Assembly (NCBI RefSeq): GCF_042093035.1
Contig: NZ_JBELFI010000001.1
Span: forward strand, 13,814 to 77,813
Direction: 5' to 3'
DNA length: 64,000 bases
DNA from: Yoonia sp.
GTDB lineage: Bacteria > Pseudomonadota > Alphaproteobacteria > Rhodobacterales > Rhodobacteraceae
Numbering within the stretch: position 1 is the stretch's first letter; every line of letters starts with the position of its first letter. The notes beneath the pieces were generated by a model. The model was given only the letters and a program-made list of their open reading frames with translations, ran no database searches and was not told where the DNA came from. Shown piece by piece: positions 18,135 to 28,228 of this stretch. The position numbers and the translations under genes are program-made.

Positions 18135-18157
18135 AGCCTGACGATGACCTGTGTATG

Positions 18158-18182
18158 CGCCCGCCAAACCGGCGGGCGTTTT
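18158..18182. terminator. Bidirectional hairpin terminator between convergent genes
   Basis: cgcccgcc-aaacc-ggcgggcg followed by TTTT. Lies between the DUF2853-like gene (+) and the EVE-domain gene (-). Confidence 0.6.
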
Positions 18183-18187
18183 GCGTC

Positions 18188-18607
18188 TTAGGGCGCGGTG
18201 TCGCCCATTTGGCAAATCAACGCCCACTCCGCAGCGCTGACGGGCTGTACTGACAGGCGCGAGTTATTGACCAAAACCATGTCCGCCAAACGCGGCTCGG
18301 CTTTGATTGCCTCCAGCGTGACCGGGGTCGTGAAAGGACGCAAAGCCTTGATATCCACACACTCCCAGCGCGCATCATCCGTGGTGCTGTCGGGGTGGGC
18401 TTCAGCGCAGACTTCAACGATGCCGACAATTTCCAGTCCGCTGCGCGAGTGGTAGAAAAAGCCTTTGTCGCCGCGCTTCATTGCCCGCATGTTGTTGCGC
18501 GCCTGATAATTGCGCACGCCGTCCCATTCCTCGCCCGCGTCGCCTTTGGCGACTTGTGCGTCCCAGCCCCAGACATCGGGTTCGGATTTGAACAGCCAAT
18601 ACGCCAT
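18188..18607 (-). CDS. EVE (PUA-like) domain protein
   Basis: MAYWLFKSEPDVWGWD...WDGVRNYQARNNMRAMKRGDKGFFYHS is the EVE-domain signature. Its start shares one nucleotide with the upstream stop (TGATG). Confidence 0.75.
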   Translation of the reverse strand: MAYWLFKSEPDVWGWDAQVAKGDAGEEWDGVRNYQARNNMRAMKRGDKGFFYHSRSGLEIVGIVEVCAEAHPDSTTDDARWECVDIKALRPFTTPVTLEAIKAEPRLADMVLVNNSRLSVQPVSAAEWALICQMGDTAP

Positions 18608-18879
18608 CAGCCGATAACCTTTTTCCATGCGCGCAAGGTCACGCCGCTGAAAAGCCCGGCCTTGGCATAGGGGTCATTATCTGCCCAAGCCTGCGCCGCC
18701 TTGAGGTCATCGACCTCCAGCACAATCAGCGATCCGCACATTTGCCCGGCATCATCAAGAACCGGCCCTGCCATTTCGACTACACCGGTTTCCGCGATAT
18801 AGGAGAGATGCGCATCGCGGTTGTCCAAGCGCGTCTGCAAGGCGCCCGGCTTGTCTTTTGTCATCAGGGCAAAGCGCAT
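18607..18879 (-). CDS. YciI family protein
   Basis: 90 aa; ...RDAHLSYI...GPVLDD...DNDPYAKAGLF pattern of YciI-like proteins. Confidence 0.7.
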   Translation of the reverse strand: MRFALMTKDKPGALQTRLDNRDAHLSYIAETGVVEMAGPVLDDAGQMCGSLIVLEVDDLKAAQAWADNDPYAKAGLFSGVTLRAWKKVIG

Positions 18880-19842
18880 TTATTCTTCCTTCAGTGGGCG
18901 TGACAGCAGCGCATTCAGCGCGGTCGACACGTCTGTTTTTCCGGTGGTCAGGTCGGCGACCACGTTGCAAATAGGCATATCAAGCCCAAGCTTGGCTGCC
19001 AACAGCTGGACAGCGCGCGCGGTTGCGGCACCTTCGACAGTTGTCGATTGATCGAAGTCCGCACCGCGTCCAAGGGCAGAGCCGAAACGGTAGTTGCGTG
19101 ATTGCTCTGACGTACATGTCAGGACCAGATCGCCCAAACCTGACAGCCCAGAGAGCGTCTCTGGCTGCGCACCCAAGGCCAAAGCCAGCCGCTGCATTTC
19201 AGGGAAACCGCGGGTGATTAAGGCGGCGCGCGCGCTTTCGCCAAGCCGCGCACCCATGGCGATACCCGCGGCAATCGCCATCACATTCTTGAGGGCTCCG
19301 CCCAATTCCGCCCCCACAGTGTCTGTTGTCCGGTAGATGCGCAAAGTCGCGGTCGACAATGCGTTTTGCAGCGTTTCACCGTGTTCTTCATCCGCGCAGG
19401 CCAGCGTCAGAGCGGTTGGCAGTCCGCGCGCGATGTCGGCTGCGAAACTAGGGCCGGTCAGCATCGCCGGGGTAGCACTTGGCACCAGATCAGCGATGGT
19501 GCTGGCGGGGCCAGTCATCCGTTTGAGGTCAATGCCCTTACACGCTGCGATCAGGGTTTTGCCGGAAAGCGCCTCAGCATGTGTGCCCAGAAACTCTGGA
19601 AGCGTCTGAGCGGGGGTCGCGAGCAGAATGGTATCGCAGCCGAGCAGTGGCGCGATATCTGACGAAACAGAAACCCGATCCGGCAAGAGAACGTCTGGCA
19701 GCTTTCCGTTTTGTCGCGTTTCACACATCTGTTTGACTGCGGCCTCGCTGCGCGCCCAAAGCCGCACGTCGTTGCCGTCCAAAGCGAGCGCGACGCTGAG
19801 CGCGGTCCCGAATGCGCCACCTCCTGCGATCCCGATCTTCAT
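18880..19842 (-). CDS. gpsA: NAD(P)H-dependent glycerol-3-phosphate dehydrogenase
   Basis: [15 protein letters not shown] Rossmann start and a ...[13 protein letters not shown]... motif. Confidence 0.9.
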   Translation of the reverse strand: MKIGIAGGGAFGTALSVALALDGNDVRLWARSEAAVKQMCETRQNGKLPDVLLPDRVSVSSDIAPLLGCDTILLATPAQTLPEFLGTHAEALSGKTLIAACKGIDLKRMTGPASTIADLVPSATPAMLTGPSFAADIARGLPTALTLACADEEHGETLQNALSTATLRIYRTTDTVGAELGGALKNVMAIAAGIAMGARLGESARAALITRGFPEMQRLALALGAQPETLSGLSGLGDLVLTCTSEQSRNYRFGSALGRGADFDQSTTVEGAATARAVQLLAAKLGLDMPICNVVADLTTGKTDVSTALNALLSRPLKEE

Positions 19843-20921
19843 GCCTTTGCCCCCTTTTTGCCCGACCCCAGCATCGGCGCGGCCCGATCATCGAGCGGCC
19901 AACGCGGTCGCGCCGAAAGCGTCAGGTCGTCGATCCCGCCTGCCGCCATTTTTTCTGCGCCTGCATAGGCGATCATTGCCGCGTTGTCGGTGCAAAGGCG
20001 TAAAGGTGGTGCGATGAAATCTGTGCCCATCTCGGCGCACAGCCGCGTCAAGCCATCGCGTATCGATGAATTGGCGGCGACGCCTCCTGCGATTGCAAAG
20101 GTCGGTGTGGCGGGTGCCTGTGCAAGATAAAGCGCCAATGCCCGCCGGGTCTTTTCGATCAGCACATCAGTCACGGCGGCTTGGAAGCCCGCGCTGAGAT
20201 CGGCCTGGTCTTGCGTGGTCAGGCCGCCTTGTTCGGCCACAATCCCGTCGCGCGCCCGTAAAATCGCGGTCTTCAGGCCGGAAAACGACATGTCGCACTC
20301 TTCCTGACCAAGCAGCGGTCGCGGCAGTTTGAACCGCTTGGGATCGCCCGATTGCGCTGCCTTTTCAACCGACGGCCCGCCGGGTTGGGGCAAACCCAAT
20401 AGCCGTGCAGTCTTATCGAAAGCTTCGCCGGGCGCATCGTCGATTGTCCCGCCGATCCGGTCGAACCGGTCATGGGCGTGGGCAATCAGGAACTGGCAAT
20501 GCCCGCCCGATACCAGCAACATCAGATAGGGGTAGCTGACGTTATCCGTCAATCGCGGCGTCAGGGCGTGCCCTGCAAGATGGTTCACGCCGATCAACGG
20601 CAGACCCGTCGCCGCTGAAAGGCCTTTCGCGCACATGACGCCGGACAAGACCCCGCCGATCAGGCCCGGTCCTGCGGTCACGGCAATCCCGTCGAGGTCG
20701 GATAATGACATGCCAGCATCCGCCAGCGCCTCTTCGACGCAGTGGTCAATCTTTTCGGCATGGGCGCGGGCTGCGATCTCTGGCACGACGCCTCCGAAGG
20801 CGGCATGAAGTGCTGTTTGACCATAGACAACGGATGACAGGACCTTGCCGCCTTGCACCACAGCGGCGGCGGTGTCATCGCAGCTGCTTTCTATTCCAAG
20901 AAGGGTCAGGGGCTTGGTCAT
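19839..20921 (-). CDS. tsaD: tRNA N6-adenosine threonylcarbamoyltransferase TsaD
   Basis: [16 protein letters not shown] and VNHLAGHAL motifs. ATG at 20921 is preferred over the longer ORF. Confidence 0.9.
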   Translation of the reverse strand: MTKPLTLLGIESSCDDTAAAVVQGGKVLSSVVYGQTALHAAFGGVVPEIAARAHAEKIDHCVEEALADAGMSLSDLDGIAVTAGPGLIGGVLSGVMCAKGLSAATGLPLIGVNHLAGHALTPRLTDNVSYPYLMLLVSGGHCQFLIAHAHDRFDRIGGTIDDAPGEAFDKTARLLGLPQPGGPSVEKAAQSGDPKRFKLPRPLLGQEECDMSFSGLKTAILRARDGIVAEQGGLTTQDQADLSAGFQAAVTDVLIEKTRRALALYLAQAPATPTFAIAGGVAANSSIRDGLTRLCAEMGTDFIAPPLRLCTDNAAMIAYAGAEKMAAGGIDDLTLSARPRWPLDDRAAPMLGSGKKGAKA

Positions 20922-20989
20922 TATGGTTCCGGTTGCTTGTCTGTCACTGCGAGGTAACATTGCATATGCGCGCAAACAATGGTGCCCCT

Positions 20990-21691
20990 ATGACGCCCAC
21001 CCTTATCGTGACCCGCCCCTTGGCCCAAAGCGCGCGTTTTACAGCCGACGTGACGGCGGCCTGGGGGCGTCCTTTGCATGTGTTGATATCACCTTTATTG
21101 CAGATTGAGCCGCTCCCCGTCACCATGCCAGAGGCAGATATCTTGATCTTCACCTCAGCAAACGGGGTGAAGGCCGCGACGACGCTGGGGCTGCCAAAGG
21201 GGCTGGATGCGTGGTGCGTTGGTGCAAAAACGACGGCTTTGGCGAAAGAGGCAGGTTTTGAGACACGGACTGGCCCCGGTGACGCCGATGGACTGGTCAA
21301 TGATATTATTGCTGCTCAGCCAACAGGCAGGATCGCCCATATTCGCGGCACACACACGCGCGGTGATGTCGTCATGCGCCTGAAGGCCGCTGGATTGGAC
21401 TGCGTTGATGTGGTGGCCTACGATCAGGTCGCCTGCGCCTTGACCCCAGAGGCGGTCGCGGCGCTCAATGGTTCAAAACCTGTCATTCTCCCCCTGTTTT
21501 CGCCGCGCTCATGCACCATATTGTCTAGGCAAGGGCCATTTGCAGCGCCGATTTCGGTTGTTGCCCTGAGTCAGGCGGTGAAGACTGCGATTGATCCGGA
21601 GCAGAACTGGCAGGTCTCGGTCGCGGCGCGGCCAGATGTCGATGCCATGATGGCTGCGCTAGTGAACACGTTGGCCCGCACCGCCGTTTAG
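20990..21691 (+). CDS. hemD: Uroporphyrinogen-III synthase
   Basis: MTPTLIVTRP...ILIFTSANGV is the HemD pattern. The start is ATG 20990 (alternative 20966). The long ORF-track extension overlaps tsaD in antisense. Confidence 0.7.
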   Translation: MTPTLIVTRPLAQSARFTADVTAAWGRPLHVLISPLLQIEPLPVTMPEADILIFTSANGVKAATTLGLPKGLDAWCVGAKTTALAKEAGFETRTGPGDADGLVNDIIAAQPTGRIAHIRGTHTRGDVVMRLKAAGLDCVDVVAYDQVACALTPEAVAALNGSKPVILPLFSPRSCTILSRQGPFAAPISVVALSQAVKTAIDPEQNWQVSVAARPDVDAMMAALVNTLARTAV

Positions 21692-21778
21692 GGCGATTGC
21701 TTGAGGGTCCAACCTAGTCGGGATAGGATTGCCGCTTACCTGTATTCATGCAGGACGCGGCGTTGAGAGGGTGAAAAC

Positions 21779-22930
21779 GTGGCAAAACAGCCAGCCAGAG
21801 GTCGAAAGACCGCGACGAAAGCAAAGAAACCAACCGCACCGGCGCAAAAGCCAGCCGAATCGGCACCGGCGCAGCCCGCAGTGATGGATGCCATTCCCCC
21901 TGAGGTGCATGTACAAAAAGAGACGCATGACGTGTCTGCCGCAAAAGCGGCGCCCGCGTCTGCGAAGCCAAAGGATGCCGTTGACGCAGCGGAACGAAAA
22001 TCAGCCGCGCCCATGCCAGCCCCGGCCCCCGCGCCCAAGTCCGGCTTTTTGCCTTTGGCATTGGGTGGTCTTGCCGCCGGTGTCATTGGGTTTGCTGTGG
22101 CGACGTTTACTGCGCCTGCGGCGGACACATCGCTGGCCACGCAGGTTGCTGCGCAATCAAACACAATCGCCGCTCTCTCTGATCGGATCGCAAACCAGCG
22201 GGGTCCTGACCTGAGCGGGATTGAGGCGTCAATTGCCGAATTGACTGCGCGGATCGCGGAGCTTGAAGCACGCCCTCAGGTGGTTGCGGCACCTGCGGGT
22301 GAGAATGTCGATGTGTCCGCAGACATGGATGCGCTGCGTGCGCAAATTGCTGAAATGACAAACGCGGCCCAAACCGAGCTGGAAGAAGCGCGCGCCGCTG
22401 CCGCATCGATCGAAGCGAATGCTGTTGCCGCTGCCCGCAATGCGGCCGGACGCGCCGCCCTTGCGCGTGTGCAAACGGCGCTTGAAAGTGGCGCGCCACT
22501 TGGCGCGACGCTGGCCGATCTGGAAGAAGCGATTGGCGTGACCGCCCCCGATGAACTGGTTGCCGCGCAAGACGGCATTCCGACCCTCGCCAGCTTGCAA
22601 GACAGTTTCCCCGATGCGGCCCGTGCTGCCTTGGCCACCGCGCGCAGTGAAGGCGTGGCCGGAGAAGAAACCACAGGTCTGGGCGCGTTTTTTCGGACCC
22701 AGTTTGATGTTCGCTCAACCGCGCCGCGCGAAGGTGACGGCGCAGACGCTGTTCTTTCACGCGCCGAAGCGGCAATCCGTATCGGGCGCTTGTCTGATGC
22801 ACTTGCGGAGCTGAGCGCGGTTCCGGAAATTGGGCGCGCCGAAATGTCTGACTGGCTGGCGCAGGCCGAATTGCGGGCCGGTGCAGTCGCCGCCGTCGAT
22901 ATTCTTTCATCCACACTTTCTGATAATTAA
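21779..22930 (+). CDS. Mitofilin/Mic60-family membrane protein (alphaproteobacterial Mic60 homolog)
   Basis: GTG start. A basic, Ala/Pro-rich N-terminus is followed by one transmembrane helix (LPLALGGLAAGVIGFAVATF), coiled-coil-like repeats and a C-terminal mitofilin-like segment (LSRAEAAIRIGRLSDALAELSAVPE...WLAQAELRA). It has the hemD/hemY neighbourhood typical of this family. Confidence 0.6.
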   Translation: MAKQPARGRKTATKAKKPTAPAQKPAESAPAQPAVMDAIPPEVHVQKETHDVSAAKAAPASAKPKDAVDAAERKSAAPMPAPAPAPKSGFLPLALGGLAAGVIGFAVATFTAPAADTSLATQVAAQSNTIAALSDRIANQRGPDLSGIEASIAELTARIAELEARPQVVAAPAGENVDVSADMDALRAQIAEMTNAAQTELEEARAAAASIEANAVAAARNAAGRAALARVQTALESGAPLGATLADLEEAIGVTAPDELVAAQDGIPTLASLQDSFPDAARAALATARSEGVAGEETTGLGAFFRTQFDVRSTAPREGDGADAVLSRAEAAIRIGRLSDALAELSAVPEIGRAEMSDWLAQAELRAGAVAAVDILSSTLSDN

Positions 22931-22941
22931 AGGCAACGCTG

Positions 22942-24384
22942 ATGCTCTGGTCCCTGATTAAAATTGTAGCGTTCGTTCTGGCGGTCACCGCGTTGACCTA
23001 TGGCGGCACGCAGCTGATGGAAGTGGATGGCGGTGCGACGATTGATGTCGCGGGTCAGGAAATCACGCTCAGCACGCTTGAGATGGTCTTTGCGCTGGCC
23101 GCACTCTGCGTTGCAGTCTGGCTTGGTCTGAAGCTGCTGGCATTTCTGGTGGCAACATTCAAATTCCTCAACGGCGACGAAACGGCGATTTCGCGCTACT
23201 TTGATCGCAATCGCGAACGCAAGGGTTATGAAGCCTTAAGCGAAGGCATGATGGCGCTGGCGTCCGGCGAAGGACATCTGGCGATGACCAAGGCCGCGCG
23301 TGCGGATAAATTGCTCAGGCAACCGCAGCTCACCAACCTTCTGACTGCGCAGGCGGCTGAAATGACAGGTGATCGCAAGAAAGCGGAAGACACCTATAAA
23401 AAGCTGCTGACCGATGGCAAGACCCGTTTTGTCGGGGTGCGCGGGATCATGAAGCAAAAGCTGTCCGAAGGTGATACAGACACGGCGATGGCCTTGGCGA
23501 AAAAGGCCTTTGCGCTGAAGCCAAAGCATGAAGAAACGCAGGATGTCTTGCTGCGTTTGCAGGCGGAGAAGTCCGATTGGACCGGTGCGCGTCAAACCTT
23601 GGGCGCAAAATTGAAGTCTGGCAATTTACCCCGTGACGTTCACAAACGCCGGGACGCTGTTTTGGCGCTGTCAGAGGCGCGCGATATTGCGGATGAAGGC
23701 AAGTCAATCGAGGCGCGCGAAACCGCGATTGAAGCAAACCGCTTGTCCCCGGATTTGATCCCGGCGGCAATCATGGCAGCTGATGGCTACATCGGCGATG
23801 GCAACGCCCGCTACGCCACGCGCGTCCTGACGAAGGCCTGGAACGCGCAGCCCCATCCGGATCTGGCAGCAGCCTTTGCCGCGATTGCACCCAATGAAAG
23901 TGCAGAGGACCGTTTGAAGCGGTTCCGCAAACTGACAAATGGCACAGCGGATCATCCCGAAACCAAGATGTTGATGGCAGAGCTTCACATCTCCGCAGAA
24001 GATTTCCCCTCCGCCAAACGCGCCCTGGGTGATTTGGTTGAAAAAGACCCGACCGCGCGTATCCTGACGCTGATGGCGGCGATTGAGCGGGGTGAGGGCG
24101 CTGACGATTCCGTCGTGCGCGGCTGGCTTGCAAAAGCGCTGACCGCACCGCGCGGGCCGCAATGGATCTGCGACAATTGCCAGCATATTCATGCCTCCTG
24201 GGGTGCCACGTGCAGGAATTGCGGGTCGTTTGATACGCTGTCCTGGAAGACCCCGCCAGCAAGCGATGTGGCAATGCCATCGGGCACGGAAATGCTGCCA
24301 TTGATCGTGGGGCAAAGCGCGGATGCACCCATGCCCGCCACCATAGAGGAAGCGGAAGTCGTAGACGCCGAAACCCCAAAATAA
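22942..24384 (+). CDS. HemY-like TPR membrane protein with a C-terminal zinc ribbon
   Basis: Two N-terminal transmembrane helices, TPR-like repeats, and a C-terminal CDNC...CRNC motif. Confidence 0.7.
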   Translation: MLWSLIKIVAFVLAVTALTYGGTQLMEVDGGATIDVAGQEITLSTLEMVFALAALCVAVWLGLKLLAFLVATFKFLNGDETAISRYFDRNRERKGYEALSEGMMALASGEGHLAMTKAARADKLLRQPQLTNLLTAQAAEMTGDRKKAEDTYKKLLTDGKTRFVGVRGIMKQKLSEGDTDTAMALAKKAFALKPKHEETQDVLLRLQAEKSDWTGARQTLGAKLKSGNLPRDVHKRRDAVLALSEARDIADEGKSIEARETAIEANRLSPDLIPAAIMAADGYIGDGNARYATRVLTKAWNAQPHPDLAAAFAAIAPNESAEDRLKRFRKLTNGTADHPETKMLMAELHISAEDFPSAKRALGDLVEKDPTARILTLMAAIERGEGADDSVVRGWLAKALTAPRGPQWICDNCQHIHASWGATCRNCGSFDTLSWKTPPASDVAMPSGTEMLPLIVGQSADAPMPATIEEAEVVDAETPK

Positions 24385-24426
24385 CGGTTTTCGCCGCCAA
24401 AAACGGATGCTAGAAGCGCGCAGGTT

Positions 24427-24502
24427 GCCTCAATAGCTCAGCTGGTAGAGCAGGTCCTTCGTAAGGACAAGGTCGGGGGTTCGAGTCCCTCTTGAGGCAC
24501 CA
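24427..24502 (+). tRNA. tRNA-Thr (anticodon CGT)
   Basis: Acceptor stem gcctcaa/ttgaggc, D-arm agctcagctggtagagc, anticodon loop ttCGTaa, T-arm ggttcgagtcc, and an encoded CCA. Confidence 0.9.
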
Positions 24503-24595
24503 TGCTTTTGTCGTCTGCGGTTGCGCGGTGAATACCTGAAACTGGATAAGTCAAAGGTTATCAGGCGCCCCGAGGTGACCGCTTTCAATGCCCGG

Positions 24596-25843
24596 TCAAG
24601 GTTCTGATAGAGTGGCGCCTGCCTTTTGCGTGATGCGCAAGCAAAGTTCTGTCGCTTTTGCCATATCCTGCACCGAGACCCATTCAAGAGGGCCGTGGAT
24701 GTTTTGCATCCCGGTAAACAGGTTCGGGCAAGGCACCCCAAGTTCTGTCAAGCGTGAGCCATCGGTTCCGCCTCTGATCGGGACAGAAAGCACATCCATG
24801 TCCAATGAGGCGAGCGCGTCCCGTGCAAGCTCTACTGGTGTCATGTCATTTTCCAGCCAGTATCTCATGTTGCGGTATTGTGTTGTGATCTTGCAGTCGA
24901 TTGTGGCGCGTGGCTCTGTCGCTGCGATGGTCTCACAGACCTGACGCAAGAGCGCGCCTTTGGCCGCCAAGCCATCCAATTCGAAGTCGCGCAGAATGAA
25001 GCGTACAACCATTTCGGCGGCACTGCCTTTCATGTCGATCGCATGAATGAACCCTTCATGGCCATCAGTTGTCTCCGGTGTCAGTGTGACCTGCGGAAGC
25101 GTATCGACGATTTTCGATGCAAGGTGAATCGCATTGACCAACTGGTCTTTCGCATTGCCGGGATGAATGGACACGCCTTTGACGGTGACAGCCGCGAAGT
25201 CCGCCGAGAATGTCTCATAGATGATCTCACCAAGGTCTTCGCCATCAAATGTATAGGCAAAGTTTACGCCAAGATCTGCTGGCAACCTGTCGTCCACACC
25301 CCGTCCAATTTCCTCATCGGGGGTAAAGGCTACACGAATGGTTGGTCGGGGCATTTCGGGATGTTCCAGCATATGCCGTGCGGCTGTCATAATAATCGCA
25401 ATTCCGGCCTTGTCATCTGCCCCCAGAAGCGTGCGCCCGGACGCTGTGACGATGTCCTGCCCGATCTTGTCTTTCAGATACGGAAAATCCTGTGGTCTCA
25501 GGATAAGTTCGGGGTCGTCAGGAAACGTGATCGCGCCTCCGTTGTAGCGCTCTATGACCCTTGGTTTGACGCCTGTCGCGTTGAATTGTGGTGCCGTATC
25601 GACATGTGCCAGAAATCCGATGCGCGGGCCTTCGACGGTGCCGGGAATTGTTGCAATCACGGTGCCATAGCTGGTTTTGACCACATCAACCGCGCCGATC
25701 TCGTGCAATTCCTCTTGCAAGAGATCGAGCATCACATGCTGGCAGTCAGTCGATGGGGCAGAGGTGCTGTCTTGGTCCGACTGACTGTCGATTGCGCAGT
25801 AGCGGATCAGGCGATCCCGTAATTCGGTGTCGAATGTGGGCAT
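24596..25843 (-). CDS. pepT: Peptidase T (tripeptide aminopeptidase, M20B)
   Basis: MPTFDTELRDRLIRYCAIDSQSD..., HVDT, LGADDKAGIA and TPDEEIGRG motifs. ATG at 25843 is preferred. Confidence 0.9.
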   Translation of the reverse strand: MPTFDTELRDRLIRYCAIDSQSDQDSTSAPSTDCQHVMLDLLQEELHEIGAVDVVKTSYGTVIATIPGTVEGPRIGFLAHVDTAPQFNATGVKPRVIERYNGGAITFPDDPELILRPQDFPYLKDKIGQDIVTASGRTLLGADDKAGIAIIMTAARHMLEHPEMPRPTIRVAFTPDEEIGRGVDDRLPADLGVNFAYTFDGEDLGEIIYETFSADFAAVTVKGVSIHPGNAKDQLVNAIHLASKIVDTLPQVTLTPETTDGHEGFIHAIDMKGSAAEMVVRFILRDFELDGLAAKGALLRQVCETIAATEPRATIDCKITTQYRNMRYWLENDMTPVELARDALASLDMDVLSVPIRGGTDGSRLTELGVPCPNLFTGMQNIHGPLEWVSVQDMAKATELCLRITQKAGATLSEP

Positions 25844-25924
25844 TTGGGCTCCTTGGTAGCGGTCCGGCAAGCCAGCATTATCCGCGCAGGCCTGTCAAGC
25901 CGGGCGCCATGCACGTCACGCAAT

Positions 25925-26137
25925 CTACCACCACCCGATGGGGGATTTTGCGGTCGTCAAACGCGCCCAAAACGCCCCGGCCTTGGCAAACACGGATGCT
26001 TTCCCCGACGTCTCATTGGTGTCCTTTGCGGCAAGGATTTGGGGCGGTGTGCGAAGCCTTTGCTTTGCGACCTGGCTTTCCAGATCACGTTGGTAATGAC
26101 GCATGTATTGAAGATCGTTGTTATGAGGGGTCCACAT
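25925..26137 (-). CDS. Hypothetical small protein (70 aa), weakly supported
   Basis: An ATG preceded by aaaggaaaaaaaca, lying in an A/T-richer 400 bp intergenic region. I recognise no family. Confidence 0.25.
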   Translation of the reverse strand: MWTPHNNDLQYMRHYQRDLESQVAKQRLRTPPQILAAKDTNETSGKASVFAKAGAFWARLTTAKSPIGWW

Positions 26138-26276
26138 TGTTTTTTTCCTTTCAAGTTTTCATTGTGCTTGGTCCTCATCGTGGCGATGCTGCGTTCAGGC
26201 GGTGTGAAATGGAGCGTTCCGAAGTCGTAAAATCGGAAGGCAGACATGAAAAAAGCGCCGGGATTGGTGTTAATAA

Positions 26277-28220
26277 TTGAAAAACAACAAGAAGTTTATC
26301 GCGCGATTTTTGGGGCATCCCCAAATAATCGGCAAAGACGGCAAGGTCGTTCAGTTTTCAACGCAGAAAGCCGTGGCCCTTCTGGCGATGCTCGCGACCG
26401 CGCCGAACAATAGCTTGCGACGTGAACAAGCGGCGGCGATGTTGTGGAGCAGAAGCCCCGAACAACAGGCGCGCACAAATTTGCGGCAAGCATTGTTCGC
26501 TATTCGCACTGCTGCGAGTGGCGATGCGCTTGTCGTGTCTGATGCAGGGATACTGTCACTGGATCGCTCACTTATTGCATTGGATATTGATGAACTGGCA
26601 ACAGGATCAGGCGACGCCCATGCAGTCCAATCAGGAATTTTTCTAGAGGGTATATCCGTCAATGAACCCCCCTTCGAGGAGTGGTTAATAACTGAGCGCG
26701 CCAGTCAATCACGCGCATTGCGGGATGCTTTGTTCGATCTTGGAACTGCGGCGCTAAAGCGTGGTGACACGCAAAAAGCCTTGCAGGCATCAGACCAGAT
26801 ATTGGCCCTTGATCCTTATGAAGAGACGGCGATGGCGCTTTGCCTGAAGGCCCATGCAGCAAAAGGTGAACGCAGTCGCGTACAAATCCGCTTTGAGGAA
26901 TTTGAGCGGCTTTTGCAAACCGATTTAGGGATCGAGATGAGCCCGGATCTCGTGGCGCTCAAGTCGAAATTGCTGACAGTTGTGGACCCCAAATCAACAA
27001 TTGCAAAGCCTGTCAGTGTGCCGACTGTGGTTGTCATGTCATTCAAGACGCTCAGCGACGCGCAAGAGCATCGGTATTTCGCTGAAGGTCTGGCCGAAGA
27101 CGTCATCACGCAGTTGTCGAAGTTTTCGACGCTCGCGGTGGTCTCGTTGCCCGCGCAAGCCGGGTCCAAAGTCCCAAGTGACCATTTGACCGATGCTGCT
27201 GATATCGGCTCGGATTATGTCCTGACAGGCAGCATACGTTGGCTGGCAGATCGGCTGCGGTTGTCGGTGGAACTGGTCGAAGTCGCAACCGGCGCAGTGA
27301 AATGGGCGGACAGGCTGGACCGTCAGACTTTGGATCTTTTTGATTTGCAGGATGAGCTGTCCCGCTATCTCGTCGGTGCGATCCCGTATCGGATTGAAGA
27401 TGAGATTGCTGACAAGGCCGCACGAAAACCAACAAACGAATTGCAGGCCTACGAAGTGATGATCCTTGGCAAGCGCATGCGGGATACGATCAGCCTTGAA
27501 GGAAATCTCGACGCGCGGGCCCTACTTGAGCGCGCGGTCGAGAAGGATCAGAGCCTTGCGCGCGCGCATATGTATCTTTCGGATACCTATGTCATTCAGA
27601 ATTGGTTTGACGTGTTGGATGACCGCGACAGGCAAAAGACGCTCTATCATGCGCGCCGCGCAGTGGCCTTGGACCCGCGTGATGTACATATTCAGGACCA
27701 TCTGGGTTTCGCACTGCATGTCATGGGGTATTGGGATGCGGCCGAGGCGCAGATCAAACACGCCTTGTCATTGGCGCAGAATGAAATCGAATCCATGTCG
27801 TGGTGTGGCTATGCATTGCTGATGCAGGGCAAGCATGACGAAGCGGCCGAAGTGATTGAAGCCGTCGCCACGCGAAGAACGAATTTGCCACCCACATTTG
27901 AATGGATCTTGGGCCAACTGCGGTCTTTCCAAGGGCGGGATGCTGATGTTGTGGGTTTGCTGAACGGGGCGTCATTGCTCAATTCAATCGGGCTTGCCTT
28001 CCGTGCTGGTGCGCAAGCGCGGCTGGGCATGGCACAGGATGCGGCATTCACGCTTGAAGAATTCATAGAGGCCCGCAGGCAAGATCAGCACAGAGCAGGT
28101 CTGCCGGTTAATGTGGAAACCGTCGAAAAAGCACTTGGTGGGCAGCGCGTCATGTGGCGGCGGCCCGAGGATTGGGAGCATATCGCGCAAGGACTGCGTT
28201 TGGCCGGTATGGCGGACTAA
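26277..28220 (+). CDS. SARP/BTAD-type transcriptional regulator with TolB-N-like and TPR domains
   Basis: An N-terminal winged-helix segment (..QKAVALLAMLA...LRREQAAAMLW....ARTNLRQALFAIR), a BTAD-like helical segment, a ..VVVMSFKTLSD...YFAEGLAEDVITQLSK.. module, and C-terminal TPRs. TTG start as called by the track; the true start is uncertain. Confidence 0.65.
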   Translation: MKNNKKFIARFLGHPQIIGKDGKVVQFSTQKAVALLAMLATAPNNSLRREQAAAMLWSRSPEQQARTNLRQALFAIRTAASGDALVVSDAGILSLDRSLIALDIDELATGSGDAHAVQSGIFLEGISVNEPPFEEWLITERASQSRALRDALFDLGTAALKRGDTQKALQASDQILALDPYEETAMALCLKAHAAKGERSRVQIRFEEFERLLQTDLGIEMSPDLVALKSKLLTVVDPKSTIAKPVSVPTVVVMSFKTLSDAQEHRYFAEGLAEDVITQLSKFSTLAVVSLPAQAGSKVPSDHLTDAADIGSDYVLTGSIRWLADRLRLSVELVEVATGAVKWADRLDRQTLDLFDLQDELSRYLVGAIPYRIEDEIADKAARKPTNELQAYEVMILGKRMRDTISLEGNLDARALLERAVEKDQSLARAHMYLSDTYVIQNWFDVLDDRDRQKTLYHARRAVALDPRDVHIQDHLGFALHVMGYWDAAEAQIKHALSLAQNEIESMSWCGYALLMQGKHDEAAEVIEAVATRRTNLPPTFEWILGQLRSFQGRDADVVGLLNGASLLNSIGLAFRAGAQARLGMAQDAAFTLEEFIEARRQDQHRAGLPVNVETVEKALGGQRVMWRRPEDWEHIAQGLRLAGMAD

Positions 28221-28228
28221 TCGTTGAC

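Noticed and set aside
20705-20989. Long N-terminal extension of the hemD ORF. Similar upstream extensions occur in the track ORFs at 15925, 17709, 31287, 34388, 37054, 42763, 43875, 48390, 52591 and 59326.
   Set aside because: The extensions overlap neighbouring genes or terminators and are Arg/Cys-rich. They precede internal start codons that have good RBSs and family-typical N-termini or signal peptides.
22107-22988. 293 aa and 212 aa minus-strand ORFs overlapping the Mic60-like gene
   Set aside because: They are products of the Ala-rich (GCN-repeat) coding strand read in antisense. Their Arg/Ser/Pro-rich translations carry no motifs.
24427-24595. tRNA-Thr as an integration site of a genomic island or prophage
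   Set aside because: I saw no integrase, excisionase or phage genes, and no repeat of the tRNA 3' end, downstream. The next gene is the housekeeping pepT.
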